Assembly: GCA_030265395.1 (NCBI GenBank)
Contig: JARFYF010000017.1
Location: forward strand, 15,995,352-16,059,351
DNA: 64,000 nucleotides
Reading direction: 5' to 3'
Source of the DNA: Rhina ancylostomus
Taxonomy: Eukaryota
Position numbers and translations under genes: made by a program. A model generated the notes under the pieces. The model saw only the letters and a list, made by a program, of their open reading frames with translations. It made no database searches and was not told where the DNA came from. The first letter of the stretch is position 1. Every line of letters begins with the position of its first letter. Positions 1 to 12,324 of the stretch are shown here, one piece after another.

Positions 1-14
1 TCACACCAGCAGCT

Positions 15-73
15 TTAGCCCAGATGTTTATGATGGTGTTTTTTGTAGCCAACAGCATTATTGGAGTTAGTCC
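15..73 (-). CDS. WFDC1: WFDC1 coding exon 6 (last coding exon): GTNSNNAVGYKKHHHKHLG*
   Basis: cacattttgcag acceptor, phase 1, TAA at 17-15. C-terminus resembles fish and bird WFDC1 (NNxVGY...HLG) as recalled. Confidence 0.9.
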
Positions 74-1539
74 CTGCAAAATGTGAACAGTCATGTTAAA
101 AATGAACTGATTTAAATCATGTTTGCCAGTTGTTTATACTGAAAGATAAATTTGAGCATTAATAATTCTTCCCAAATTAGAGGATCCATCAATTTTAGTG
201 GATGGAGGTGGTAGTCAGATAATAGAATGGGGATTGAGGGTGATGTGGAGAGTTAGGGGGATGGGTAGTGGAATGAGGAGCTAGGGTGGGAAGTGTCCAT
301 TGGTGGTAGGCAAGGGCACAGATAGCATTGGCTGTGGTGGGATGTGTGAATGGGGTCAGAAATCTCTAAAATCTGATAAGCAGAGTCTAGTTGCTCATTT
401 AAATGAATATTAAAATGTTAAGTATTAAAATGTTGGTAAAGAAGTGAATGGAATTATTTTAGGGAAAATTCTTTAGCAAGGAGAGTTTTGCTTATAATTT
501 ATTCTGGGTTACAGTTGGTTTAAATATTTTAATATCAGTGTCATGTAGAATGAACAATAGTGATGCCACTACTTGGGAGTAGAAATTATGTTACGACTCC
601 AGCTCGGAGATGATAATGGTATAGTGTAGGGAGGGGACTGGTTGTGAAAAAGGGTCGATTAAAGTGTCAGCTAAGAAGCATGTATGTGACAATCCTTCAC
701 GTATTGAATCTTTGCATTTTTCATTGAAGACCAATGGAGTCACTGTCCTCTTTTGACAGAATTGCCAATTATATTTCTTAATGGTAAAACAGTGATACAA
801 AAGCAAAAATAAGACAGGAATGATGGAAATAAGAGAAGCAAATGCTGAGAATATTCAGCAGATCATGCAGCATCTGCTGAGAGAGAAACAAGTGTTAATG
901 TTTCAAGCTGATTGACCATTCATCAGAACCAGACTGATAGAGAGACAAGAGATAAGACTTTCTCTAAGTGGGGAGGAGAGAACAAATGAGTACATTTGTG
1001 AACGTTTGAAAGGCAGGATGATTAAATGACAAGAGTAACAAAAAAAAGTAGAACAATGGATAATGTACTTAGTCTCAGCCAATTAAATGGCCTTTTTCCA
1101 CATGGACCACTGTAGTGGCTCTGTGCTTTCTATAGCTCAAGATTGACAATGAGCATGAGAGGGTAACATACCGTTAGTATAGACAACTGAAAGGATAGCT
1201 GGAGTTAATACATATCGATTACATAGTGATCATTGTCCAAGATTCTTGAGCTGGTTGCATTGTTTCTGGGAGGGGTCACCAGTTGGAACCAGATGCCACT
1301 AATCAATGAAACTTCAGTGCGGGAACAGGCAGATACGGCAATGTGTTGTGCTTATTGTGAAAGTTGGGCCACAAGTTAGGGCCTCTAAATTAAAAGTTCT
1401 GGCAACGTAATTTGAGTATATTAGGCCTTCATCTACAGAAAAAGAGTACCACATCTCTTTGACTAAACAAACTTTGTTAGTCAGTATAACAGTGTTGGCC
1501 AAGGTAACTGCTCCCACTTCTATGTTAGAAATGGCAAGT

Positions 1540-1709
1540 TACAGCAATTTTCGGATTACCAAGGATTGAATCTGCCCATTTATCTGCTTCCACTAGCCGT
1601 ATGATTGCCTTTGTTACACTAATGGCCGAGCAATCTATTTTGCTTAAGTGGAAGGATCCAATACCCCCTACTACCTTTCAATGGTTTTCTCAAACTATGT
1701 CATGTTTAA
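1540..1709 (+). mobile_element. L1/Tx1-type LINE ORF2 C-terminal fragment, runs into a gap
   Basis: IAFVTLMAEQSILLKWKDPIPPTTFQWFSQTMSCL resembles the ORF2 C-terminus of fish L1/Tx1 elements. Confidence 0.7.
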
Positions 1710-2796
1710 NNNNNNNNNNNNNNNNNNNNNNNNNNNNNNNNNNNNNNNNNNNNNNNNNNNNNNNNNNNNNNNNNNNNNNNNNNNNNNNNNNNNNNNNNNN
1801 NNNNNNNNNATATTTACAAACTTTGATGCCATATACCATTTGTATTGATTTGAAGACTAATAAAAAAGATTGAAAAAGAAAAGAAATGGCAAGTGGCTGC
1901 ATGGTTCTGTTCCGTGACTTTATTCCTTGCCTGGGTGGTGAAAGAATGCACGAGCCCTGCTGCAGTGCTTAAGGCCTAAGTAATTGGTGGAGGAGCTGGA
2001 GGGTGTATCGGATACAGAGTCATATTATGGTTCAATTTGATTCCCCTTTTTGTATGTTTAACAAGGGGCACTTTTGTTGGCTTTTTTGTCATTTGATTTG
2101 ATGACACTAGAAGTGTTCTAATTGTCCATCAAGAGTAGATAGTATCCCATGACAACCATGTGCTAGTTGGACAGATAAGCACACAGTCCTCGTTGAAAGC
2201 ACAAGTGTTATCACTTAATATGTACCATAAAGTTGCATAAGTTGATAAGTAGAGTGACAACCTTACAAATATTTGTGCAGTTGAAAGGGGAAGATAACAA
2301 CTTGTTGCTAAGAGCAGGCTCTGAGTATTTTCTCCAAAATACTTCATCTTTGAATATAATTTTAGTGTTATTCTTTTACTGTGGAGTATTTTCAGCACTA
2401 ATTTTGCAGTGTAATCAGTGCACAAATTTCCACTCTGATATTATTTGCATGAAAAGTTTAACTGTCCATCTGAAACCAAAACATATTCCCATTCCACTGC
2501 AGGAAGAAGTTGACTAAGTTGGGTCACCTTTTCCTTGTTCTGTGCAAAGGAAAAACCAAGGGTAATAGTTGGCTTCTAGCCCCTCGTGTCCTCTTCCATT
2601 CAATTAGCTCAGGGTTTATCTATTTCTTAGTTCCACTTCCCTTGATTGCTTTTGAATATTATGGTTGGCCCAGTTTTCATAGCCTGTTGGGCAGAAGAAT
2701 TCTACATTTCCACTACATTTTAAAAATGAGATACAAATCTTCCATTGTTGCAATCAATGGACGTTCTATCAAATTTGGTACTTAATGCACCCTTAC

Positions 2797-2847
2797 CAAA
2801 ATAATCTTTGTAGTCCTTGAAAATTTTCGGTCTTAAATTTCGTCCAT
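2797..2847 (-). CDS. WFDC1: WFDC1 coding exon 5: DGRNLRPKIFKDYKDYF
   Basis: ctgtttgcag acceptor and G|GTAAGG donor, 51 nt. Similar to human DGRILRHKLYKEY as recalled. Confidence 0.92.
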
Positions 2848-4109
2848 CTGCAAACAGATGGTGAGAATAATTAGAAATAAATTTGAGGTAATATTAGATA
2901 GCATTCTCTCTTAAAGCTTTGTGTATCAAAATAACTGATTGTTTTCTTAATTCTAGAGGTGATCTTGCTTCAAAAGATCAGGTGGTTTTATGATTTCTTG
3001 CTGGAAAAATATGCTAATTCATGGAATAAATTATAACTTGGTAAGAATACTGTGTTGGCTTGTATGCCAATACCATTTTGTTGGTTATCCAAAAATTCCA
3101 TAGGTAAGATTGCTTTATGTTGAATGATATTTAAAAATTCAAAAAAAAACTGAATTATTGGATCAGCCAGGATAATCCATTGGTAATTCTCATTAACAAT
3201 GGCCATTGACGTTGTAAACAAATTACTTTTCAGTAAATTTAAAACATTTGAGGACTAGTTCAGTTATCAATAATAGGGAAATTAAGGGTGAAAATTTATT
3301 TAGTAGAATAATGAAAAGAGATTTTGCTTCTATGCTACAACTTTCCTGATTTTTTAACATCCCAAGTACAGTTGATGGAAGCGTATTGCCAAGTTGAATA
3401 TAGCAAGATCTCAGTAAAGAAATAATGACAAGGTCATTTTGTTTAGTGACGATTTTTGAGGGATAACCATTGGCAAAGACATAACTGTGTTTAGAAACTC
3501 AGTGACCCAACCACTTGGTGCTTCTGAATCGCTTAAGGAGACATGCATGGTGATTTGTATGGCAAAATGTTTCTTTGCAAAAACCATACAAGGAAAGTAA
3601 TGTTTCTTAGATGAAGCCTTTGAAATTCTGCTAGAGGGAATTTTGCAGGAAGTAGTTGCCCCATGCTATCATAGACATCAGCCAAGAAGAGAAGCTGAGG
3701 GAGAACAAGAGAAACTGGCAGCTAATGATAATCCCACCATTACAATGCAGCACACATGGAAACATTACCAGAAGAAACGTAGTGATATTATCAGGTAAAC
3801 TAAAGTAAGAGAACACATTATTATCCATAAATAACACAATGTACTTGTGTTTATGTGTTGGACATCTATCATCAGTTCAAGCTTGCTGGAAAACCACCTC
3901 TGGCTTTTTTAATCCAGTCACTTCCAACAAAGCTTTCACTGAGTCAACATGCCCTGCAGTAACTACTGTGTTCAATATGTCAATAAAACGGCTCATTGCT
4001 AAGATCCCCATCATCACCGCCAATTCAATTAATTCCATGTGTTGCCTAGAGTTGAGGTGAAAGTGACTTTTCTTGACATCAAAGTATTTAACTAAGTGTG
4101 GCATCAAGA

Positions 4110-5560
4110 AACAATGGTAAAACTAAGTCAATGAGCACCAGGGTGCAATCACTGCAATGTTTGGAGTCATACCTTAACAAAGGAAAAAGGTTATGATGGC
4201 TGGAAGTCATTCATCCCAATCACTGTAGTGTTCTTCAGGGTGTTGTCCTTGGCCTAACCATCTTTAGCTGCTTCATTAACAGGCAGCATAGGTCAGAAGC
4301 GGGGATGTTCACCAATGATTGAACAATATTCAATTACATGCACGACTCATCAGCAAATAAAATAGTCCATGCCTGCCTCCATACTGACCTAAAGAATATT
4401 CAGGCAAGGTCAAAAAAGTGGCAAGTAATATTTGTCCTGCAAAAGTCCCAAATACTAGTCACCTATCCTTGATGTTTATACCCTCGCTCTATCTCCCACT
4501 ATCAACTTTCCAGGAGATCACCATTGTCCAGAAACTCAGTTGCTGGACACATACAGACTGTGACTGATAAGATCTCTTTATTAGTCACATATACATTGAA
4601 ACACACAGTGAAATGCATCTTTTGTGTAGAGTGTTCTGGGGTATGCCCACAAGTGTCACCGCACTTTTGGTGCCAACATAGCATGCCAACAACTTCCTAA
4701 CCCGAATGTCTTTGGAATGTGGGAGGAAACTGGAGCAACCAGAGGAAACCCCTGCAGACACAGGGAGAACGTACAAACTCCTTACAGACAGGGNNNNNNN
4801 NNNNNNNNNNNNNNNNNNNNNNNNNNNNNNNNNNNNNNNNNNNNNNNNNNNNNNNNNNNNNNNNNNNNNNNNNNNNNNNNNNNNNNNNNNNNNAAACTGG
4901 AGCAACCAGAGGAAACCCCTGCAGACACAGGGAGAACGTACAAACTCCTTACAGACAGCGGCCGGAATTGAACCCAGGTTGCTGGCGCTGTAAAGAGTTA
5001 CGCTAACTGCTACACTACAATGCCTGAAAAGAATAGGTCAGAGGTCGGATATCCTGTGATAAGTGATTTGCTTCCTGACACCCCAAGATTTTCCATCATC
5101 CACTAGGCTCAAGTCAGGAATGTGATGGAATGCTCTCTACCTGCTGGGATGAATACAGCTTCAACAATACTCAAGAAGCTTAACTGGAGAAAGCAGCTTA
5201 CTTAATTGACATCTGTTCATCACCTTATATATTCATTCCCTCTATCACTGATACACAGTAGTATTATGCATCAACTTTATAATGCACTGAAGGTATTCAC
5301 CTTGGCAACTCTTCCCAAACTGATGACCTCTGCCTTAAAGAAGGCCAAGTGCAGTAGCATCCGCAGGTTTTCCTCCGAGTCGGACATCATCCTGACTTGG
5401 AAAAAAATCACCATTCTATCATCATCACTGGGCGTAAACCCTGGAGGTCCCTCCTCAACAGCATTGTGGGATTACCTTCACCTGGAGGACTGCAGAAGTT
5501 CAAGAAGGTGGCTCATTACCAGTTTCTTAAGTGCAAACAAGGATGGACAATGAAGGTTAC
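4110..5560 (+). mobile_element. Old L2/CR1-group LINE remnant split by a SINE insertion (4573-5023)
   Basis: Degenerate G-V-x-Q-G-x-V-L-G-x-TIFSCFIN RT motif near 4225-4280. Continues after the SINE with sequence homologous to the 34890-36110 copy. Confidence 0.7.
4573..5023 (-). mobile_element. tRNA-derived V-SINE-like SINE (contains an assembly gap)
   Basis: Reverse complement shows A box, GGTTCAATTCC B box and TTTCCTCCCACATTCCAAAGAC core. Near-TSD ctgataaga (4564-4572) / ctgaaaaga (5024-5032). Confidence 0.9.
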
Positions 5561-6307
5561 CTTTGGCTGCCATACCTGCATTCCAAATAAAAAGTTCTGC
5601 ATAATAAAACCAATGTTTTCCTTTACTCCTTCCCTAAAGCGCACCAACACCTTTGCATCCAGATATATTAACAGTTCACATCACACCACTTCACATACTC
5701 CACCCTTCTCCCGAATCAACCCAGATACATCCTATCTGAAGAACGGGGAGTCCAAGCCCAAATGCTGCTTGCTATCCAGAGGTCAGGAATTACCCTATAT
5801 TATGGGCATGGTGACACAGATTTTCAGAAACTCTCTCCCTCTCTCTCTGCAAGTGCATAAATTAGTGCAAACAAATGCAGTGGAGTGATGGATTTTAGTT
5901 AGAAGGCGTTGTGTATACAGAGGAGTCGAGGGCACTGAGGAAGACATTAGGAATATTATAAACATGGTGAGGGGTACAGGTGCAACGTTCCATTATTTTC
6001 TCATTTGCTTCAACATCAGGATCAATTCATCAGAAAGTTAATTTGTACCTTCACCACATAGGCAATAAACTGCCACTCATTAGAGACCAATAAGATTCAG
6101 TAGTTGTTCATACATGAATACTGACCCCCATAGTTGACTGTTGTTCAGTTTTCACACCCTTCAGATTCACTCTCAACAAATAAACTTCAATCATCCAAGA
6201 TCTGGAGTTGATTTCACATGTAATAGTTAAATATCTATTCTACAAATGTGTATTTCCTAAATTATATTGTGAAATATTGACATGGGATATGAAAGATATC
6301 AACTGAC

Positions 6308-6448
6308 CACTATTTCCTCTTTGCTTTATGCACTGTCCTCTATTTGGAATTCCTTCAGCAGGATTCCCAGGATTTATGATGTGACATTCATAGCCAGTGG
6401 GACAATGCAGGGGTTCGTCCCCATCCTCAGTAGTGCTACAGGCTTCAG
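6308..6448 (-). CDS. WFDC1: WFDC1 coding exon 4: AEACSTTEDGDEPLHCPTGYECHIINPGNPAEGIPNRGQCIKQRGNS
   Basis: tctttcttgcag acceptor and G|GTCAGT donor, 141 nt. Carries the 4-Cys segment conserved in WFDC1. Confidence 0.97.
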
Positions 6449-7529
6449 CTGCAAGAAAGATAAGTAATTACATGTTGCTTTATAACATAAATATAACTTT
6501 CTTAATAGATTATTCTTAGAATAACAAAGCTTGATTAATATACAAAATGAATAAATGATTCTTTGAAGTGTCAGCATGACTTGATTTGACTTGAAAGATT
6601 CAAGTTTGACTTCAGGACTTGAACGGAAAATCTAGGGAAACATTTCATGAATATGCAGCCCTTCCTTATCCACAAACACATAACAGGGTAAATAAAACTT
6701 TTATGAAAGTTAATTGCAGGATGAATGGGTAACATTTCATTCTACAACTAATCTGTAATCATATACTGCTGTTCCTTTGACTATGTCGTGAACAAGTCAC
6801 CCATCTTGTCAACCTGAAAAACTGTGCATTGTTATGTGTTTTGCATTTTGAGTGCATGTTAGATAAATGCACTTCCTTTTCTCAATTTACTTTTCTTCAA
6901 TTGCTGTGTACCTGATTTTCACATTTTGGGGTATAATAAGAATTACTTTGTTCTCATGCATTTTATATTAGTGTACTAGCAACTAATATTACACACTAAA
7001 GTAAAAATATTGATGGTACATACTTTGAGGTCATTTTGTTTCTTTGTGATGTAGGAGAGCCTCACCAACTGATGGCAAACATTCGGACATTAGCCCATAT
7101 ATTGCAGAGCAGGTGTTGGATTAAGTATTTTCACTTAAGGATTTGTGTACACAAGTACCACTCTTAGAGCCATTGAAGGTACTGATTTAACAATAACTTC
7201 TTGCCCGTTGAGCAGCTCAAAGCATTATGATGTATATGAAAAATGATAATGAGATTGTGTCAAGATGGATGATGAAAATTTGAGCAAATACATTGCATTA
7301 ACAGAGACTGTGTTGATTTGTTATTACTTAACTATGTAAATTAATAATGAAGCAATAAAATTTGATCCTCATATATAGATATTTCCATTTTATAATAAAG
7401 GCTGGTTCTACATAAGTTTCAAATCATTGGCTGTCTTTGAGACCTATACTGCTGAGTTATTTAGAAATCAGATTGATTGTTCCATCATAATGAAACTATG
7501 ATTGTTTCAAAATGTCAAAATTATGCAGC

Positions 7530-7635
7530 GAATGGAAGGATATAGATTATGTGCAGGCAGAAGAGATTTAGCTTTATTTGACATTGTGTTCAGCACAGAC
7601 ATTGTGGGCCGAAGGGCCTGTTCCTGTGCTGTACT
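7530..7635 (+). mobile_element. CR1-type LINE 3' tail fragment
   Basis: GGGCCGAAGGGCCTGTTCCTGTGCTGTACTGTTCTATGTTCT terminal motif. Confidence 0.75.
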
Positions 7636-9420
7636 GTTCTATGTTCTGTGTTCTAAGTCACTATGAATACAGAAATATCATGCAAAGAATTTGTTGTTCC
7701 AATTCAAGAGACTGAGAATTACAGACTGAAGGTAAGTAACATTAATCAATATTGGACTTGGACTTATTTACAAAGTTTAATGAATTGCTCAATAAACTTT
7801 TAATATTAAAAGGCTTTATTTCAACATATATTTTCATTCCTACTACATGAAAGGGATCTCCAAATAATACTAATGCAATAAGAAATTATGACAAAGGATA
7901 TTTGATCTGAAACATTAACTCTGTTTCTCTTTCCACAGATGTTGCCTGGTTAGCTGATTGTTTACAGCATTTTTTTTGTTTTTATTTCAAACTTCAAGCA
8001 TCTGCAGTTTTCTGATAAGCATTTTAAAAATATTGATTGGAATTTATTGTTCAAAGTGATTTGCATCACCCAGTTTAAGTGCTGGACTTGTTTGCTAATC
8101 TTGCTTGAATCTTGTCTTCAGCAATGTTTATTGGTCAGTTTGTGCTCCACTTTACGATGCTGGTCCCAGGTAGCTCTGGCCAAAATGGCAGAAGTCTCAT
8201 TGAGCTTTGGCAACAGATCATTCCTGTCTTTTTTAGAAAATCAGCCTATCTAGAGAAGCTCCCCACTGCAGTAACAACACTCTTTTATTAAAATGACTAA
8301 TTACTGGTTTTATAGAGGTAAACAAAAGCCTTATGCAAGTGTCTTGAACCTTGGTTTTCTGCAATAAGGCTCCATGCTTATACAAATCCTGCCAGATATT
8401 AATAAATGCAAGGAACTATTTTAATTGTTTTAGATACTTAAATAATAATAGTGACAAGCTCATGCCGGTTGGTTCAGTGATATTGGCTTAGTGATACGAT
8501 TTCTTGGTAAAAATGCCCTTACTTAAGTATCATAAATGAGCAGCAGCATAGAGCCTTCCCTACAGTAAACAATATGCTGGTTCAAAAGAGTAATGGCAAA
8601 ACTGTTTGTTGCTTTAGTGGATTTGTGTACTGGCTCATTGAATCACAGAATGCTTTCTTTTTTGCTGATGATCAGATTTCAAGTACAAGTGCTTCAAGCC
8701 AGAGGCAATACCAGCTAAATATTAAAGGAAAGGCCTGTCAAGGCAAGTTGTGCATTTTAATGGCTTTGCAGGCTATAGATCTGGGAGCAGCTATTAAACT
8801 GCATTCTTTTCCTGGGTTACAGCAGGAAGGAGAAAGCTGAAAGGACAATCATTATGGGGAGACTATTAACGTTTGCTATTCTTGAGATGTGGACATTGCT
8901 CCAAAGACAGCATTTATTCACCATCCCCAAATACAATCGAGTGTTTGCCAGGCATTTTTAATGGGGATTTGAGCCAACCAGATTGGAGTATGTCTTGAGT
9001 CATGCAAAAGACAGACCATTTAAGATTAGTAGGTATTCACTACAGAATACAGTACTTTCTCTTTGAGAAGGATTTAAAAGCATCATAAAATATTTTTGAG
9101 CAAATTCTACCCTAAATTTCTAATTTTGTTCAGGTGGCCATTTGAGAATACGACTTTGTTCCACATTTGATTCCAAAAAATATACAAAATAGCAAATGTT
9201 TTGTTGTCAAAAATTTCTGTTTTCCCACATTGTATGGCATACAGATTTTCCCCAATTTTTTTCCCTTTTGATACAGCTGCGGAATGAACTGACCTTCCCA
9301 TAATCCAACATATGTATTTAAATAATTGGTACATCTGGTCTCTATCTAGGTAAATCAAGCCGTATATACTGATTGATAATACATACATTCAAATCACTAA
9401 TAATTGTGAAGAAACAACAC

Positions 9421-9504
9421 CTTGAAGCACTTCTTCTGGTCCATCGAGTAACCATCCATTGCCCCCAAGCCATCTGGGCTTTGGCTGCACCAACCAATCT
9501 AGAA
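9421..9504 (-). CDS. WFDC1: WFDC1 coding exon 3: VLDWLVQPKPRWLGGNGWLLDGPEEVLQ
   Basis: cttttcag acceptor and G|GTGTTG donor, 84 nt. Peptide matches mammalian WFDC1 as I recall it. Too short for the ORF track. Confidence 0.97.
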
Positions 9505-10366
9505 CTGAAAAGCAGCATTATTTAACAAACCTTCCAAATAACAAATCCAAATTCCACAGCATCTTCTAAAAGGTGAAGTATATAGTAAAAGAAAACTTCC
9601 TTGTTCTTGAGGAACAGCACCTCATCTTCCGTCTGGACACATGGCAACCTTCTAGCTTGTTCATTGTTTTTTCCCTTTGTTTTCCTAATTGAATCATACA
9701 NNNNNNNNNNNNNNNNNNNNNNNNNNNNNNNNNNNNNNNNNNNNNNNNNNNNNNNNNNNNNNNNNNNNNNNNNNNNNNNNNNNNNNNNNNNNNNNNNNNN
9801 NNNNNNNNNNNNNNNNNNNNNNNNNNNNNNNNNNNNNNNNNNNNNNNNNNNNNNNNNNNNNNNNNNNNNNNNNNNNNNNNNNNNNNNNNNNNNNNNNNNN
9901 NNNNNNNNNNNNNNNNNNNNNNNNNNNNNNNNNNNNNNNNNNNNNNNNNNNNNNNNNNNNNNNNNNNNNNNNNNNNNNNNNNNNNNNNNNNNNNNNNNNN
10001 NNNNNNNNNNNNNNNNNNNNNNNNNNNNNNNNNNNNNNNNNNNNNNNNNNNNNNNNNNNNNNNNNNNNNNNNNNNNNNNNNNNNNNNNNNNNNNNNNNNN
10101 NNNNNNNNNNNNNNNNNNNNNNNNNNNNNNNNNNNNNNNNNNNNNNNNNNNNNNNNNNNNNNNNNNNNNNNNNNNNNNNNNNNNNNNNNNNNNNNNNNNN
10201 NNNNNNNNNNNNNNNNNNNNNNNNNNNNNNNNNNNNNNNNNNNNNNNNNNNNNNNNNNNNNNNNNNNNNNNNNNNNNNNNNNNNNNNNNNNNNNNNNNNN
10301 NNNNNNNNNNNNNNNNNNNNNNNNNNNNNNNNNNNNNNNNNNNNNNNNNNNNNNNNNNNNNNNNNN

Positions 10367-10525
10367 CTATTCTGAGGCTGTGCCCTCTGGTCCTAGACTC
10401 TCCCACTACTGGAAACATCCTCTCCGTGTCCACTCTATCCAGGCCTTTCAAAATTTGGTAAATTTCATCCTTCTAAACTTCAGTGAGTGCAGACCCAGAG
10501 CCATCAAATGCTCCTCATACATTAA
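10367..10525 (-). mobile_element. CR1 LINE ORF2 C-terminal fragment
   Basis: KGLDRVDTERMFPVVGESRTRGHSLRI contains the CR1 RTRGH motif. Confidence 0.85.
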
Positions 10526-10646
10526 TACATAATTTATACTCTGGGAATGGAGCATATGCCCTGCCTAATCTGTCAGACATGTTGTCCTGCTTTCCATTTT
10601 GCAACTCCTCATTATTTTATCAATGTTTTTTTGTCTATCTTCTTCA

Positions 10647-11100
10647 CTGTCTAACTGATCCCATTTACTCATTGACTAGATAACTTCGTTTACAACTAAT
10701 TCCCATGGTCATTCCACTCTTACCCTATCAGAAAAATCAGGCCTCTCCCACCTCCCTGCATGTAACAGGCTATTTTGCCTCCTTCCAATTTCCAGTGAAG
10801 GGTCTTTGATTTGAAACATTAACTCTTGTTTCTCTTCCTGTTTTTTTATGTCCACGTTCTCGCTGTCTAAGTGCTCCCATTTACTCATTGACCAGATAAC
10901 TTTGTTTACAGCTAATCCTCATTTCTACCATATCAAAAACATCTCCCTCCCACACCCTCCCTGCATCTTAAAAACCTTCTTTAGCTTCTTTCCTAGTTCT
11001 GATGAAGAATATTTGACCTGAAACATTAATTCTGTTTCTCTTCCCACAGATTGCAGCCTGACTTGCTGAGTATTTCCAGCAATTTTTGTTCATATTTTAA
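10647..11100. repeat. Diverged tandem duplication (period ~216 bp) of a Penelope-associated terminal repeat
   Basis: ctgtctaa..cccatttactcattgac.agataactt.gtttaca.ctaat at 10647 and 10863. Each unit ends in tgaaacattaa.tct.tttctcttcc. Confidence 0.8.
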
Positions 11101-11169
11101 TTTCCTAGTTTGTCTGAAATGGAATCAATGCACCAAAATATTTTGCCACACATAGACATTCTCCATTGA

Positions 11170-11705
11170 TTTTGAGTACAGGAGTAAAGATGTCTTGGTG
11201 CAATTATATAGGACTGTACCTGGAGTACTGTGTACAGTTTTGATCCTCTCCCAGAGAGGATCAAGGATGCGCTTACAATAGAGAGAGGGCACTACACTGG
11301 TTCCTGGGTTGGTGGGTATATCAGATGAAGAGAGTTTGAGTAGCTTCTACCTGTATTCTCTAGAGGTGAGAAGAATGAGAGCTGATCTCATTTAAAGTTG
11401 CAGAGTTCTTACAGAGTCAACTGACTGGATGTAGTGATGGTGGCTGTGGAGTCTAGAACCAGAGGTCACAATCTAAGAATAAAGAGTAGGTCATTTTGGA
11501 CTGAGGTGAGGAGAAACCTTTTCTCTCAGAGGATTGTGAATCTTCGCAATTATGTACACTGGAGGGATGTGGAGGCTCAATCATTAACTTAACTTAAAAC
11601 ACAGATTGATAAATTTCTGGATATTGAGGAAAATGGTGCTGAGGTAGAAGATCTTGATGAATGACAGAGCAGCCTTGAAGGGCCCAATGGTCTACTCTTG
11701 CTCTT
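11170..11705 (+). mobile_element. CR1 LINE 3' fragment (decayed)
   Basis: CTGGAGTACTGTGTACAGTTTTG (LEYCVQF), TCTAGAACCAGAGGTCACAATCTAAGAATA (SRTRGHNLRI) and a CR1 tail. Confidence 0.85.
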
Positions 11706-12324
11706 TTGTCATTGTCTTACATTATCTTATAAAGTATTTTTGTGCAATGTAATCAGAGTCCTGGTACTTGCATTGTTTCAGCTGCCCGTTTGGAGGTGGA
11801 ATGTTTTTGTTTGTTATTGATACCTATCATTTTTCCTGCTATAGATCATGAGTGTGAGCATGTGAATGAGTGGGAGATAAAGAGGGGACTTTTAGCCAAT
11901 GTGCTCCCTGCAACTATTTTCAATTAGGAGGAACATAGTTCAGTAAATTCCTCCAACTGTTTGGTTTACTAGCAAAACCACAAAGATATTCCAACAATAT
12001 CTCATATCTGGTTATCCACTCCATCTTACTTCAGAAGTTGAAGATGCTTTTAATAATCTTCATGAATATTTGAAAAAATATCCAAAATTCCAAACTAGAA
12101 GACACTTGTTTGATGCATGGAAACTTTATTTTACTATTCCTTGAGGTGAATGTATTATAGTTCATATTCTAGATTTGTCATACAAGAAGAATGAGCAAGT
12201 TTTTTTATTCATTAATTAGTGATTTGTGTGTGTTGTGTTCCAAAGCTTGGCTCTGTATTGAAGTGCAGGGGAAAGAAAGTGAAGGGAAAATATGCAGGCA
12301 AATCAGACTCGTACCTTGAAAATC

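Noticed and set aside
2441-2471. Acceptor-like tttcAG followed by DGQLNFSCK* in intron 5
   Set aside because: Short and without homology. The homologous last exon is at 15-73.
4727-4958. Exact ~65-bp direct repeat either side of the 4794-4893 gap
   Set aside because: Identical sequence flanking a 100-N gap is an unmerged contig overlap, not biology.
5397-5888. 163-aa ORF on +
   Set aside because: It starts in a LINE remnant, has no recognisable domain, and is antisense within WFDC1 intron 4.
9522-10461. Long ORFs of 228-309 aa in the ORF track
   Set aside because: Almost entirely N (X). The real part is a CR1 fragment.
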